Positions 1 through 10,129 of a DNA stretch of 57,758 bases are shown here, piece by piece; position 1 is the stretch's first letter; every line of letters starts with the position of its first letter. The stretch is from an uncultured Parcubacteria group bacterium (GTDB lineage: Bacteria > Patescibacteriota > Minisyncoccia > UBA6257 > 2-01-FULL-56-20). The position numbers and the translations under genes were made by a program. Below the pieces are notes generated by a model. The model saw only the letters and a list, made by a program, of their open reading frames with translations. It ran no database searches and was not told the origin of the DNA. The stretch is taken from contig CAIWCR010000028.1 in NCBI GenBank assembly GCA_903911245.1, positions 1 to 57,758 on the forward strand. The letters run 5' to 3'.

Positions 1-879
<879 letters not shown>

Positions 880-1170
880 TTATTCAATAATTGCTAAAAT
901 ATCATCTTCATCCGCAACAAGATATTTTTTCCCATCAAGTTCAACCTCGTCCGGGCCATATTTTTTAAAAAGCACCGTATCACCAATTTTTACTGACATT
1001 AATTGGATTTCTCCTTTGTCGTTTTTCTTTCCAGGACCCGTCGCAAGCACTTTTCCCTTTATTGGCCGTTCTTTTTCGGCTGTTTCAGGAAGGACAATTC
1101 CTCCTTTTGTCACTTTTTCCTCTTCGAGAGGCTCAATAAATAGATGATTTGATAGTGGTTTTAGATTCAT
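880..1170 (-). CDS. groES: Co-chaperonin GroES
   Basis: 96 aa: MNLKPLSNHLFIEP...GGIVLPETAEKERPIKGKVLATGPG...GDTVLFKKYG. This is the Cpn10 signature, size and position upstream of groEL. Confidence 0.95.
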   Translation of the reverse strand: MNLKPLSNHLFIEPLEEEKVTKGGIVLPETAEKERPIKGKVLATGPGKKNDKGEIQLMSVKIGDTVLFKKYGPDEVELDGKKYLVADEDDILAIIE

Positions 1171-1225
1171 GGTTTGTAAATTATCTAAATTAATATAATA
1201 TTCAGAAAATAATAATTTTATTATC

Positions 1226-1252
1226 TTAGCAATCTCGATCCATGATTGCTAA
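1226..1252. promoter_or_regulatory. CIRCE-like HrcA operator upstream of groES
   Basis: TTAGCAATC-N9-GATTGCTAA is a perfect 9-bp inverted repeat with a 9-nt spacer. It matches the CIRCE consensus TTAGCACTC-N9-GAGTGCTAA at 16/18. It sits between the putative promoter and groES. Confidence 0.8.
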
Positions 1253-1257
1253 TGCAT

Positions 1258-1286
1258 AGTCTATCTTGAAATTTTTGGTTGGTCAA
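1258..1286 (-). promoter_or_regulatory. Sigma-70-like promoter for groES-groEL
   Basis: On the minus strand: TTGACC (1286..1281), 17-nt spacer, TAGACT (1263..1258), directly followed by the CIRCE element. Confidence 0.55.
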
Positions 1287-1351
1287 GAATTTAGACGATT
1301 AGAAAAATAAAACATATCTAATATTTAGAAGATAATGAGGCCCTAAATGAG

Positions 1352-1371
1352 TTATCCACACGTAATCCACA
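1352..1371 (+). promoter_or_regulatory. Tandem DnaA boxes upstream of dnaA
   Basis: TTATCCACA (1352..1360, perfect consensus) and TAATCCACA (1363..1371, one mismatch), about 100 nt upstream of the dnaA start. Confidence 0.7.
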
Positions 1372-1462
1372 TATTAAGATAATTTAAGGCTTTGACTCGT
1401 GGAACAGAAAGGGTACTATTGAGCCAAGGAACCGAAAAGATAATTAAAAAAATATAAAAAAT

Positions 1463-2809
1463 ATGGAACTTGAAAAGCTCTGGCAAACAACGCTCGGCGA
1501 AATGGAAATTCAACTTTCAAAAGCGAGTTTTGCCACATGGCTTAAAAATAGTCGCCTTATTGATAAAAAAGATGGAGTTTTTTATGTCGCGGTTGCTAAT
1601 AATTTTGCCAAAGAATGGGTAGAAAACAAATATCAAAAAAATATTATAGGAATTATTCGTAATTTTGATGATTCAATTAAAAAAATAGAATTTGTGGTAA
1701 ATAATCAGGAAATAAAAGATAGTCAAAACCAAAATATAAAGGAAACAGCTAAAATAGAAGCTGCCAGCCTCGACCTCAAAACCGATCCTACCACCGGACT
1801 TAATCAGAAATATGTACTTAGTTCATATGTTGTCGGCCCATCGAATGAGCTTGCTTATGCTGCAGCGTCAGCCATTGTTAACGAAATCGGTAAATATAAC
1901 CCGTTTTTCATTTATGGCGGCGTTGGCATCGGGAAAACTCATCTTATTCAAGGGATAGGAAATGAAATTCTTATAAAATATAAGAAAAAAATACGTCCGT
2001 ATTATGTTTCTTCGGAAAAATTTACTAGTGATGTTGTTTGGGGTATCCGAAATAAGAGAATGGAAGATATAAAAAAACGATATCGCGATGTCGATGTTCT
2101 TATTATTGATGATATTCAGTTCATCGGCGGAAAAGAAAAAACAGAAGAAGAATTTTTCCATACTTTTAATACTCTTTATGAAAATAATAAACAAATAATT
2201 ATTTCATCAGATCGTCCCCCGCAAGCAATTCCTACCCTTGAGGAACGCCTCAGATCACGTTTTGAAGGCGGTCTTATTGCTGATGTTACTTATCCAGAAT
2301 ATGAAACGAGAGTTGCAATCATAAAAAACAAACTTTCTGAGGCAGGTCAAGAATTAAGTGATCCTGTTATCGATATTATTGCCAAACGACTTAAAAAGAA
2401 TATACGGGAATTAGAAGGAATTATAAAAAAAATACTTTTTACGAGAGAAACTCAACATATTGAAATTACCCCTGAAATTGTTGAAGATATAATAGAAAAA
2501 GCAACAAAAAGTGGATCGCGGAAAGTAACTGATACTCAAATAATTAAGGCGGTCACCGAATATTTCAATATTTCAACTGAAGATCTTATGGGCCATAATC
2601 GGAGAAAAGAAATCGTCGAACCGCGCCAAATAATTATGTATCTTCTTCGGGATATCTTAGAGCTTTCATACCCATATATTGGGGAAAAGATGGGGAAAGA
2701 TCATACCACTGCTATCCACTCTTATGAGAAAATCAATCAAGAGGTAAATAGGAACCAATCACTTAATCAGAAGATATTAATGATTAAAGACCTAATTTAT
2801 AAGAACTAA
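1463..2809 (+). CDS. dnaA: Chromosomal replication initiator DnaA
   Basis: 448 aa with AAA+ Walker A GGVGIGKTHL, Walker B LIIDDIQF and the C-terminal DNA-binding motif GKDHTTAIHSYEKI. It is followed by dnaN. Confidence 0.95.
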   Translation: MELEKLWQTTLGEMEIQLSKASFATWLKNSRLIDKKDGVFYVAVANNFAKEWVENKYQKNIIGIIRNFDDSIKKIEFVVNNQEIKDSQNQNIKETAKIEAASLDLKTDPTTGLNQKYVLSSYVVGPSNELAYAAASAIVNEIGKYNPFFIYGGVGIGKTHLIQGIGNEILIKYKKKIRPYYVSSEKFTSDVVWGIRNKRMEDIKKRYRDVDVLIIDDIQFIGGKEKTEEEFFHTFNTLYENNKQIIISSDRPPQAIPTLEERLRSRFEGGLIADVTYPEYETRVAIIKNKLSEAGQELSDPVIDIIAKRLKKNIRELEGIIKKILFTRETQHIEITPEIVEDIIEKATKSGSRKVTDTQIIKAVTEYFNISTEDLMGHNRRKEIVEPRQIIMYLLRDILELSYPYIGEKMGKDHTTAIHSYEKINQEVNRNQSLNQKILMIKDLIYKN

Positions 2810-2940
2810 TTCATATATTATCCCGAAGTAGTTTTTTATATAAACCAATAAATATAAGCTTAAATAGAGTTATTAACAGAAAAGAGTGTATAACAGACTT
2901 AATAACAGTAATTTATTCTTATATATAATTAATTATAATT

Positions 2941-4053
2941 ATGAAGTTCATTGCATTGAGATCAAATATTAAAGAATCTATTTCAATAGCCGAAAAAGCA
3001 ATAGGAGATAATATTAATCTTCCTATCCTTAAAAATATTTTTATCGAAGCATATGAAGGCGGCGTGCGTTTTATTGCCACTAATCTTGAAATTGCGATAA
3101 CGTGTAATGTTTCTGGAAAAGTTATCGAAAGTGGAAAAATAACAGTGCCGGTAGGGCTTTTTTCTAATATTATCGCCAATATTCAAAGCGATAGGCTTAA
3201 TTTTGAAAAGAAGGGAGATAATCTTGAAATTAAAACAGATAACTATAGTGCTCTTTTACAGGGGCTCTCCGCTGATGATTTTCCTCTTACCCCTAAAATA
3301 AAAGATACTAAGAGTTTTATTGAAATTAAGGGAATTTTTATAAAAGAAGCTATTGGACAGGTAATGGCGGCATCGCAATTTTCAGATTTAAGACCAGAAT
3401 TAAATAGTATTCTCTTTGATTTTTCTATTGAAAATCTTAAATGTGCCGCGACGGATGGATTTCGATTAGCAGAAAAAACAATTTCAGCGAGTAATTTTAT
3501 TTCGAAAGATTCTGAATTATTCAGAATCTTAGTTCCATTAAAAACAAGCCAAGAAGTATTAAGAATGGTAAAAGATGATGAAATAGTCAGAATTTTTCAT
3601 GATGAAAATCAGATTTTATTTAAGACCGATTCGGTTGAACTTATTTCACGGATTATTGATGGAAATTTTCCTGATTATTCCCAATTGATTTCAAATGATT
3701 TTAATACTGAAATTTCTTTGAATAAAGAAGAATTTTTTAACGCTATTAAACTTGCTGGCGTTTTTGGGCAAAAAAATAATGAAGTAAGGATAAAAATCCA
3801 TGAGAATAAGAAAATTATAGAAATAAATTCAGCCGACCAATCGCTTGGTGAAAATAATTATCTTCTTCCCGCTAAAATTAAAGGAGATATAATGGAAATA
3901 TTCTTTAACTGGAAATATCTCGCCAATGCTTTAAAAGTAATAAAAACAGAAGATATTATTATTGGATTAGGCGAAGATGCTGCTCCGGCAATTATAAAAT
4001 CAACAAGCGATAATTCATATTTCTATATTCTTAAGCCAATTATGAAGGGGTAA
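2941..4053 (+). CDS. dnaN: DNA polymerase III beta sliding clamp
   Basis: 370 aa, a typical clamp length. Conserved position after dnaA, with a clamp-like N-terminus MKFIALRSNIKESISIAEKAI. Confidence 0.85.
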   Translation: MKFIALRSNIKESISIAEKAIGDNINLPILKNIFIEAYEGGVRFIATNLEIAITCNVSGKVIESGKITVPVGLFSNIIANIQSDRLNFEKKGDNLEIKTDNYSALLQGLSADDFPLTPKIKDTKSFIEIKGIFIKEAIGQVMAASQFSDLRPELNSILFDFSIENLKCAATDGFRLAEKTISASNFISKDSELFRILVPLKTSQEVLRMVKDDEIVRIFHDENQILFKTDSVELISRIIDGNFPDYSQLISNDFNTEISLNKEEFFNAIKLAGVFGQKNNEVRIKIHENKKIIEINSADQSLGENNYLLPAKIKGDIMEIFFNWKYLANALKVIKTEDIIIGLGEDAAPAIIKSTSDNSYFYILKPIMKG

Positions 4054-4238
4054 AATTTCCTATATAATTTATTACTAGTTTTTTATTATCCAAGGCTTGA
4101 TACGGGTCCCGGATTAATTCTTTTTTTTGGAACGATGACATATAACCCAAGCGTTGCCGGATATCGTTTTACAAATACATATGGAGCTACTTGTGGATTT
4201 GGTTTCTTTATTGTGAGAACGAGACCAACGGCATAGTT

Positions 4239-6344
4239 TTATATCCCATTTCTTTTTATCCACGCTTGCAAGCCAGTTTCCCAATTTTGAAATTGTGGAT
4301 CTAACCAAGGATTTATTGGATCGGCTCCAGTTGGATTATTTTTATCTATGTAATAAAGCTCAGAATGAACCTGATTATCAATAAGATAATTTCCCGCTAG
4401 AATCGGCTTAGAAGGGTTTACCGGATCGGGAGCGATGAATGACTCAGATGAGGCATTCTGAAGCGCCTGAGCCATAAATGAGCTCCAAATAGGTACTGCT
4501 GCAAGAATACTCGAACCGTTTTTTTGCATAGGCGAGTTATTATTATTTCCCGCCCACACTCCAACGACAAGTGATGGAGTGTATCCCATTGCCCATGCAT
4601 CGCGATAATCATTAGAAGTTCCTGTTTTTAGTGCAACATCATGTCCTGGAAAAACGGTGAGTCCTAAGCTTCCCTGGAAAAGACCACTCCGCGCATTTGA
4701 ATCAGAAAGAATATCGTTTATAAGTCGCACTGACTGGACATCGGAAACTTGAGCATTTTCATCATTATATGATTCAAGTATTTTTCCACTCGAATCTTGT
4801 ACAGTTAAAATCATCTTTTGGTTATGGAGCGTCCCTTCAGCGGCAAGTACTGAATATGCCTTTAAGAGATCAATAAGATGAACTGCCCCACCCCCAAGAG
4901 TGAGAGAAAGACCATACGCATCGGGGTTATTAAGAGTAGTAAGTCCAAAACTATTCATATTAGTGACGGTATCACGCAGGCCGACCATATAAAGCATTTT
5001 TACTGCAGGGATATTGACTGATTGTGCAAGTGCATTACGTATTGAAATTGGTCCGACAAATGTTCCTTCAAAGTTTTGAGGATGAAAACAAGCGGTATTG
5101 GTGCTATTGAAATCAGGAAGAGAAGGACATGACGAATCAGTACTGAATTCTGTTGGAACATCAAAAAGAATGCTTTGTGGCGCAAATCCTTTTTGAAAAG
5201 CCCGAAGATAAACGAATGGTTTTAGAGAAGATCCTGGTTGGCGCAATCCTTGAGTGGCAACATTGAAATTCCCCTCGTTTTTACTATCAAAATAATTTCT
5301 CGATCCTACCATTGCAAGAATTTGTCCAGTTTTTGGATCTTCCGCGACAAGAGATGCATTTTTTCCGTTATAAAGCTTTTCATTTTGGGATGCTCCAGCG
5401 CTTACCGCTGACTCTGCTTCTTGTTGGAGCGTCCAGTCGAGCGTCGTTATAACTTTCAATCCCCCGTTATCGACCATCTCCTCGCCATATTTTTGCACGA
5501 GATAGTCCTGTACTGCGGTCACGAAGTGAGGAGCGTTAATACCACTAAGAGATCGTGGCTGAAAAACTATTTTTTCAGCAAGCGCCGCATCGAGTTGTTT
5601 TTTATTTATTTTCCCAAGCTCGTACATCTTTTTAAGGACGGTTTGTTGGCGCGTAAGAAGACTACTGACATGGCTTCCCCATGGAGAATAATAGGTAGGA
5701 GCTTGCGGTAATGCCGCAAGAACGGCGCTTTGTGCAAGATCGATATTTTCCACCGCCTTCCCAAAATATGCCTCACTTGCCGATTCCACGCCGGAGGTCG
5801 TTGGGCCGTAAGAAACTTCGTTTAAATAGAGTCCCAAAATTTGATCTTTAGAATAATATTGATTGAGTTTTATTGCGAGAATTAATTCTTTAATCTTTCG
5901 TGAAAATGTTTGATCGAGTGTAAGAAAAGCGTTTCGTGCAAGCTGCTGTGTTATGGTTGATCCCCCTTGGACAATTCCCCTACTAGTAATATTCGCAAGG
6001 ATTGCCCGAAGGATACCTTTTAGGTCAAAGGCTGGTTCATTATAAAAATTCTGATCTTCGATTGAAATCGTTGCGTCTTTTAGTGTCTGCGGTATTTGGT
6101 TAAATGGAGCAACTGTTCTTTTTCCGTTTTTCGATATTTCATAGAGAAGCGCCGTTCCGGTTCTGTCATAAATTTTTGTCGATTGTGTTATCTGTTGCGC
6201 AGCAATTTCTTGTATTGAGGGAAGTGTTTTTGCAAGATAGATAATAAAAATAAAAAGAACTATCGCTAAAAAGGAGATAATAATGCCGGCAAGTTGGAGA
6301 GGGGAACCCAATTTCCTTATGTTTTTAAGTTGAAAGAATTTCAT
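4239..6344 (-). CDS. Class A penicillin-binding protein (glycosyltransferase + transpeptidase)
   Basis: 701 aa with an N-terminal TM anchor. GT51 motifs: IEDQNFYNEP, GGSTITQQLARN. Transpeptidase motifs: SSLK (SxxK), SVN (SxN), KTGT. Confidence 0.9.
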   Translation of the reverse strand: MKFFQLKNIRKLGSPLQLAGIIISFLAIVLFIFIIYLAKTLPSIQEIAAQQITQSTKIYDRTGTALLYEISKNGKRTVAPFNQIPQTLKDATISIEDQNFYNEPAFDLKGILRAILANITSRGIVQGGSTITQQLARNAFLTLDQTFSRKIKELILAIKLNQYYSKDQILGLYLNEVSYGPTTSGVESASEAYFGKAVENIDLAQSAVLAALPQAPTYYSPWGSHVSSLLTRQQTVLKKMYELGKINKKQLDAALAEKIVFQPRSLSGINAPHFVTAVQDYLVQKYGEEMVDNGGLKVITTLDWTLQQEAESAVSAGASQNEKLYNGKNASLVAEDPKTGQILAMVGSRNYFDSKNEGNFNVATQGLRQPGSSLKPFVYLRAFQKGFAPQSILFDVPTEFSTDSSCPSLPDFNSTNTACFHPQNFEGTFVGPISIRNALAQSVNIPAVKMLYMVGLRDTVTNMNSFGLTTLNNPDAYGLSLTLGGGAVHLIDLLKAYSVLAAEGTLHNQKMILTVQDSSGKILESYNDENAQVSDVQSVRLINDILSDSNARSGLFQGSLGLTVFPGHDVALKTGTSNDYRDAWAMGYTPSLVVGVWAGNNNNSPMQKNGSSILAAVPIWSSFMAQALQNASSESFIAPDPVNPSKPILAGNYLIDNQVHSELYYIDKNNPTGADPINPWLDPQFQNWETGLQAWIKRNGI

Positions 6345-6413
6345 ATTTCTCCATAAAGAGTATCAAAAAACGGCCTTCTACGCAATTATAAAAGACCGCT
6401 TTTTTGAATTTTA

Positions 6414-6596
6414 TTATTCGTTTGCTATATCATCATCGGGCTCCGCTGCTCTCTTGTCGTCTAAAAGATCATCATCGTCCTCGTCGACGTCTTCGATGTC
6501 GGGGGCGTCATCGTTTATTCCGCTTTCAAGATCTTCCTCGTCGCTTAATCCACGAAACTCAAGTTTCAAATCTTCTAACGTATTTACCATATTCAT
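6414..6596 (-). CDS. Small highly acidic hypothetical protein
   Basis: 60-aa ORF on the same strand as its neighbours, filling the PBP-ruvC gap. It is a D/E-rich low-complexity sequence with no recognisable motif. Confidence 0.3.
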   Translation of the reverse strand: MNMVNTLEDLKLEFRGLSDEEDLESGINDDAPDIEDVDEDDDDLLDDKRAAEPDDDIANE

Positions 6597-6775
6597 TGTT
6601 GGTAATGTAATTATTTATTTAATTGATTTATATGTCGAATCCGAAATATTTTTTATGATGGAAAAAATAAAGCGACCTTTTAAGAAGAAAATTCAATTTT
6701 TTCTCATCAATTTTATCCAGTATATTTAACCTTAAAAGATTGTCAAGGTCTTTTTTATTAACATTTAATATTTAG

Positions 6776-7246
6776 TTATATTATGCGTTCCCCTGCGGTA
6801 ATAATCGCAATAGCAAGGGCATCGCTTGCGTCATCAATTACCTTGAGATCGTGTTTCCCAAGGATGAGCTGAACCATCTTTAACACTGCTTTTTTGTCGG
6901 CAAATCCATATCCTGTTATTCCTGATTTTATTTCGTTTGGATTATATTCTTTAATAGGGAGCCCGTGTTCGCGCGCAGAAAGGAGAATTACTCCGCGCGC
7001 TTGGGCGACGGCGACGGCCGTTTTTTGATTTTTTACAAAATAGAGCTTTTCAACTCCCATGCGGACGGGCTTGTATTTTTTTATAAGTTTATCGAGTTCT
7101 TTTTTTGTTTCATAGAGAGCAGAGATGTCGTCGGCGCTTTTTATATCGAGCAGTCCTGCGGCAATAAAAGAAACGTCATTCCCCTCTTTGCGGACAATGC
7201 CATAGCCAATTCTTCGTGTTCCTGGGTCGATGCCTAGCGTAATCAT
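6776..7246 (-). CDS. ruvC: Holliday junction resolvase RuvC
   Basis: 156 aa with N-terminal ITLGIDPGTRRIGYGIV and C-terminal DDASDALAIAI, the RuvC catalytic acidic motifs. Confidence 0.9.
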   Translation of the reverse strand: MITLGIDPGTRRIGYGIVRKEGNDVSFIAAGLLDIKSADDISALYETKKELDKLIKKYKPVRMGVEKLYFVKNQKTAVAVAQARGVILLSAREHGLPIKEYNPNEIKSGITGYGFADKKAVLKMVQLILGKHDLKVIDDASDALAIAIITAGERII

Positions 7247-7258
7247 AAAAGAAAAAAT

Positions 7259-7798
7259 TTAATTAATACTATTGGTATAAATTTTCTGCACGTTGTCATT
7301 GTCTTCGAGTTCTTCGATAAGATGTTGTAGTTTCCCTTTTTCCTCGCTAGCTATCTCGATAGGAAACTTTGCTTTCCATTCGCTTATAGTATCCGAGCTT
7401 GGTTCGAATAGCCATTGTACGCTTCCCGATTCCGCCCATTTTCCGCCACCTTCTTTAAGGATTAATTTTATTTCCTGAACGGTCCGGTTTTTGTTGTCGC
7501 TGATTGCAAAAATAAGAATAGCGGCACCACCCGGGCCATATGCCTCAAAAAGAAGATCTTCAAGATTCTTCCCATCTTCTGAGGCGCGCTTGATTGCCCG
7601 ATCAATATTTTCTTGCGGAACCATCAATTCCTTTGCTTTTATAATGGCCGTCCGTAATCGCAGATTGAAATTAGGATTTGACTCTGTCCTTGCCGCTGCT
7701 GAAATCGCCGCGAGAAGTTTTGAAAAAAGCTTGCCGCGTTTCTGATCGGTAATTTCTTTTTTTCTTTTTATTCCTGCCCAATGAGAATGTCCTGCCAT
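7259..7798 (-). CDS. yebC: YebC/PmpR family DNA-binding transcriptional regulator
   Basis: MAGHSHWAGIKRKKEITDQKRGKLFSKL is the family-defining N-terminus. The start is placed at the internal ATG 7798; the track ORF extends to 7840. Confidence 0.9.
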   Translation of the reverse strand: MAGHSHWAGIKRKKEITDQKRGKLFSKLLAAISAAARTESNPNFNLRLRTAIIKAKELMVPQENIDRAIKRASEDGKNLEDLLFEAYGPGGAAILIFAISDNKNRTVQEIKLILKEGGGKWAESGSVQWLFEPSSDTISEWKAKFPIEIASEEKGKLQHLIEELEDNDNVQKIYTNSIN

Positions 7799-7898
7799 GG
7801 GCTTATTATATATTGAGCGCCTCAGAATAAAAAATTTCAATTATTAGGTTGGGTTTCATTTTCTTTCAAAACCGATTTTTTGTAGTATAATACAGCCA

Positions 7899-9581
7899 AT
7901 GTCAGACGAACCGAAAAAATCAGAATTACAAACGAAGATTGCCGCCCTTAGAAGGGAGGGGGAAGAGCGCGCTGCGCAGCAGCTTGCCGAAAAGCTAGGA
8001 TATCCGTATGCCGATCTTGGGAAAATGCCGGTCGCACTTGATGCTATAAAAGTTATCTCCGAAAACGAAGCGCGCGATGCGAAGATTGCAGGAATCGAAA
8101 TACGAGGACGGCAGTTGGCGCTTGTTGCAGTAAACCCGGAACTTCCCGCGACGAAAAAGATAATCGACGATCTTACAAAAAAGCGATATGAGGTGAAGGT
8201 GTTTATTGTGTCCCCTTCTGGGCTTGCTTCGGCATGGCATTTCTATAAGTTTATAAAACCGATAACGGAGAATATTACGGGTAAGGTTAATATTGCAAAG
8301 ACGAGACTTGCGGATCTCATGATGCGCCTTACGAATATCGAAGCAATCAAAAACGAGCTTGGCGAATTGGATTTTATGAAGACGTCCCCCGGGACAATCA
8401 TTGAAATTATTCTCGCCGGATCGCTCGCGATGCGTGCATCAGATATTCATATCGAAGCAGAGGAAAAGGGCGCGAAATTTCGTTTTCGTATTGACGGACT
8501 TCTCTATGATGTTTTCAGCGGTTTTCCTGTTTTTCGGTATGGTACTTTTGTTTCACATATAAAATTGCTTGCGGGTATGAAAATCAATATTCATGATGAA
8601 GCGCAGGATGGAAGATTTTCTATAAAGCTTGCCGATAAGGAAATCGAAATGCGTGTTTCGATTCTTCCCGCTGAGTTTGGCGAGACAATCGTCATGAGAA
8701 TTTTGGACCCTAAGGCTATCATGGTCGGCCTGCCTGATCTCGGTCTTCGCGAGGACAATCTTGTGCTCGTCAAAAAGCAGCTCGAAAAACCAAATGGCCT
8801 TATCTTAAATACTGGTCCGACTGGTTCTGGAAAAACGACGACACTCTATGCTTTTTTACGGACTATCAATAGTTCCGAAGAAAAAATTATCACCCTTGAA
8901 GACCCGATTGAATATCGGATTGAAGGAATTGAACAGACACAGGTTGATAACGAAGCGGGATACACGTTTGCAAACGGGCTTCGTGCCATCGTGCGGCAAG
9001 ATCCTGATATTATTCTTGTTGGTGAAGTGCGCGATCTTGAAACGGCTGATATTTCAATGCAGGCGGCGCTTACAGGGCACCTTGTTCTTTCAACGCTTCA
9101 TACCAATGACGCTATTGGTGCGGTACCGCGACTTATCAATCTTGGCGTAAAGTCGGTGAGCATTGGACCGGCACTCGCGCTTGTGATTGCTCAGCGCCTC
9201 GTTCGCGTGTTATGTCCATCCTGTAAGAAGCCGGCAACAACAGACGACGCAACAAAAGACAATATAAAGAAATTTTTAGATAAGCTTCCGGCGAAAGTCG
9301 ATAAATCGAAATACGAACATTATTCCATGTGCGAACCGGTTGGCTGTGATAAATGTAACAAAATGGGATATCGGGGCCGCGTAGGAATTTTTGAATTTTT
9401 GGAAGGAGGCCCGGATCTTGAAACGACTATTCTTAAAGAAGCATCCGAAGTTGCGCTTCGCGAAGTGGCAAAGCGCCAGGAAATGATTACAATGCAGGAA
9501 GATGGTATTTTAAAAGCGCTCCTCGGACAAACGACTCTTTCCGAAGTAGTGGGAGCGACGGGGCAAATTGAGTGGAAGTAG
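7899..9581 (+). CDS. pilB: Type IV pilus assembly / GspE-family secretion ATPase (PilB-like)
   Basis: 560 aa with Walker A GPTGSGKTTTL, Walker B/His box LVGEVRDLETA...TGHLVLSTLHTND, and the tetracysteine motif CPSC...CDKC. Confidence 0.9.
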   Translation: MSDEPKKSELQTKIAALRREGEERAAQQLAEKLGYPYADLGKMPVALDAIKVISENEARDAKIAGIEIRGRQLALVAVNPELPATKKIIDDLTKKRYEVKVFIVSPSGLASAWHFYKFIKPITENITGKVNIAKTRLADLMMRLTNIEAIKNELGELDFMKTSPGTIIEIILAGSLAMRASDIHIEAEEKGAKFRFRIDGLLYDVFSGFPVFRYGTFVSHIKLLAGMKINIHDEAQDGRFSIKLADKEIEMRVSILPAEFGETIVMRILDPKAIMVGLPDLGLREDNLVLVKKQLEKPNGLILNTGPTGSGKTTTLYAFLRTINSSEEKIITLEDPIEYRIEGIEQTQVDNEAGYTFANGLRAIVRQDPDIILVGEVRDLETADISMQAALTGHLVLSTLHTNDAIGAVPRLINLGVKSVSIGPALALVIAQRLVRVLCPSCKKPATTDDATKDNIKKFLDKLPAKVDKSKYEHYSMCEPVGCDKCNKMGYRGRVGIFEFLEGGPDLETTILKEASEVALREVAKRQEMITMQEDGILKALLGQTTLSEVVGATGQIEWK

Positions 9582-9610
9582 GTAGCGATGATTTTCAAAA
9601 GATGAATAAA

Positions 9611-9638
9611 AAAATCCCTGCAAATGAGCAGGGATTTT
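9611..9638. terminator. Bidirectional rho-independent terminator after pilB
   Basis: AAAATCCCTG-caaatgag-CAGGGATTTT: a 10-bp stem with an A-run before and a T-run after. Confidence 0.75.
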
Positions 9639-9710
9639 GCTTGTACAATGTTGCGATTGCTACGTTGTACAATATTCCGAACGTATAAGAGCATACATCC
9701 GGAGAATTAT

Positions 9711-9897
9711 ATAAAACGAGCTTGCGGCTCGCTCAAACCTGGGGGCAATTCCCTCGTAAGAGGGATTTGCGTGATCTCTTCTATCAAAAGATAAAAGAGG
9801 TTAGAATTATTCAAAGGATGAGACCAGCCGAAACCGATCCGTCCTAAATATTTAGAAATAATTCCGCCCCCAGATTTGAACGAACCAACTTAATCCT
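9711..9897 (-). ncRNA. Candidate ~190-nt structured small RNA, unknown family
   Basis: Minus-strand promoter TTGACA (9932..9927), 17 nt, TAGCAT (9909..9904). A 14-bp closing stem pairs 9866..9879 with 9733..9746, with internal hairpins. The end is a GC hairpin (9717..9731) plus UUUUAU. Three stems have mismatches that are G-U only on the minus strand. No ORF is present. Confidence 0.45.
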
Positions 9898-9930
9898 AGT
9901 GATATGCTAGCATAAAGAAAATTACTTGTC

Positions 9931-10056
9931 AAGGGCTTCGCATTTTGTCTCGAAGGAGGGGTTCTCTCAACTCCTTCGAGACAAAACCGCTACGCCTGGT
10001 GGAGAGGGGCGGGAAAATGATCCCCTTAGTAGGCAAAACAGCCCTTCATTCATATG
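9931..10056. other. Second structured element (three-way-junction-like), strand unresolved
   Basis: An outer helix AAGGGC (9931..9936) / GCCCTT (10051..10056) encloses a perfect 16-bp hairpin (9943..9958 with 9971..9986) and a GGGG-N12-CCCC hairpin. It lies in the ruvB upstream region. Confidence 0.35.
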
Positions 10057-10129
10057 TAAAAGACGGAGAAGCTCCTTATTTTCTATTTATTTAATAAATT
10101 TAGTGTATTATGTAGGTACTCATTTAAGT

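Noticed and set aside
9866-9890. Possible tRNA/tmRNA T-arm (GGTTCGTTCAAATC on the minus strand)
   Set aside because: The proposed T-stem halves are not complementary, and no acceptor or anticodon arm can be drawn. It is treated instead as part of the sRNA candidate's closing helix.
9926-10129. N-terminal 68 codons of the 402-aa track ORF for ruvB
   Set aside because: This stretch begins at a non-ATG start and runs through the perfect 16-bp hairpin element. RuvB homology starts only after ATG 10130.
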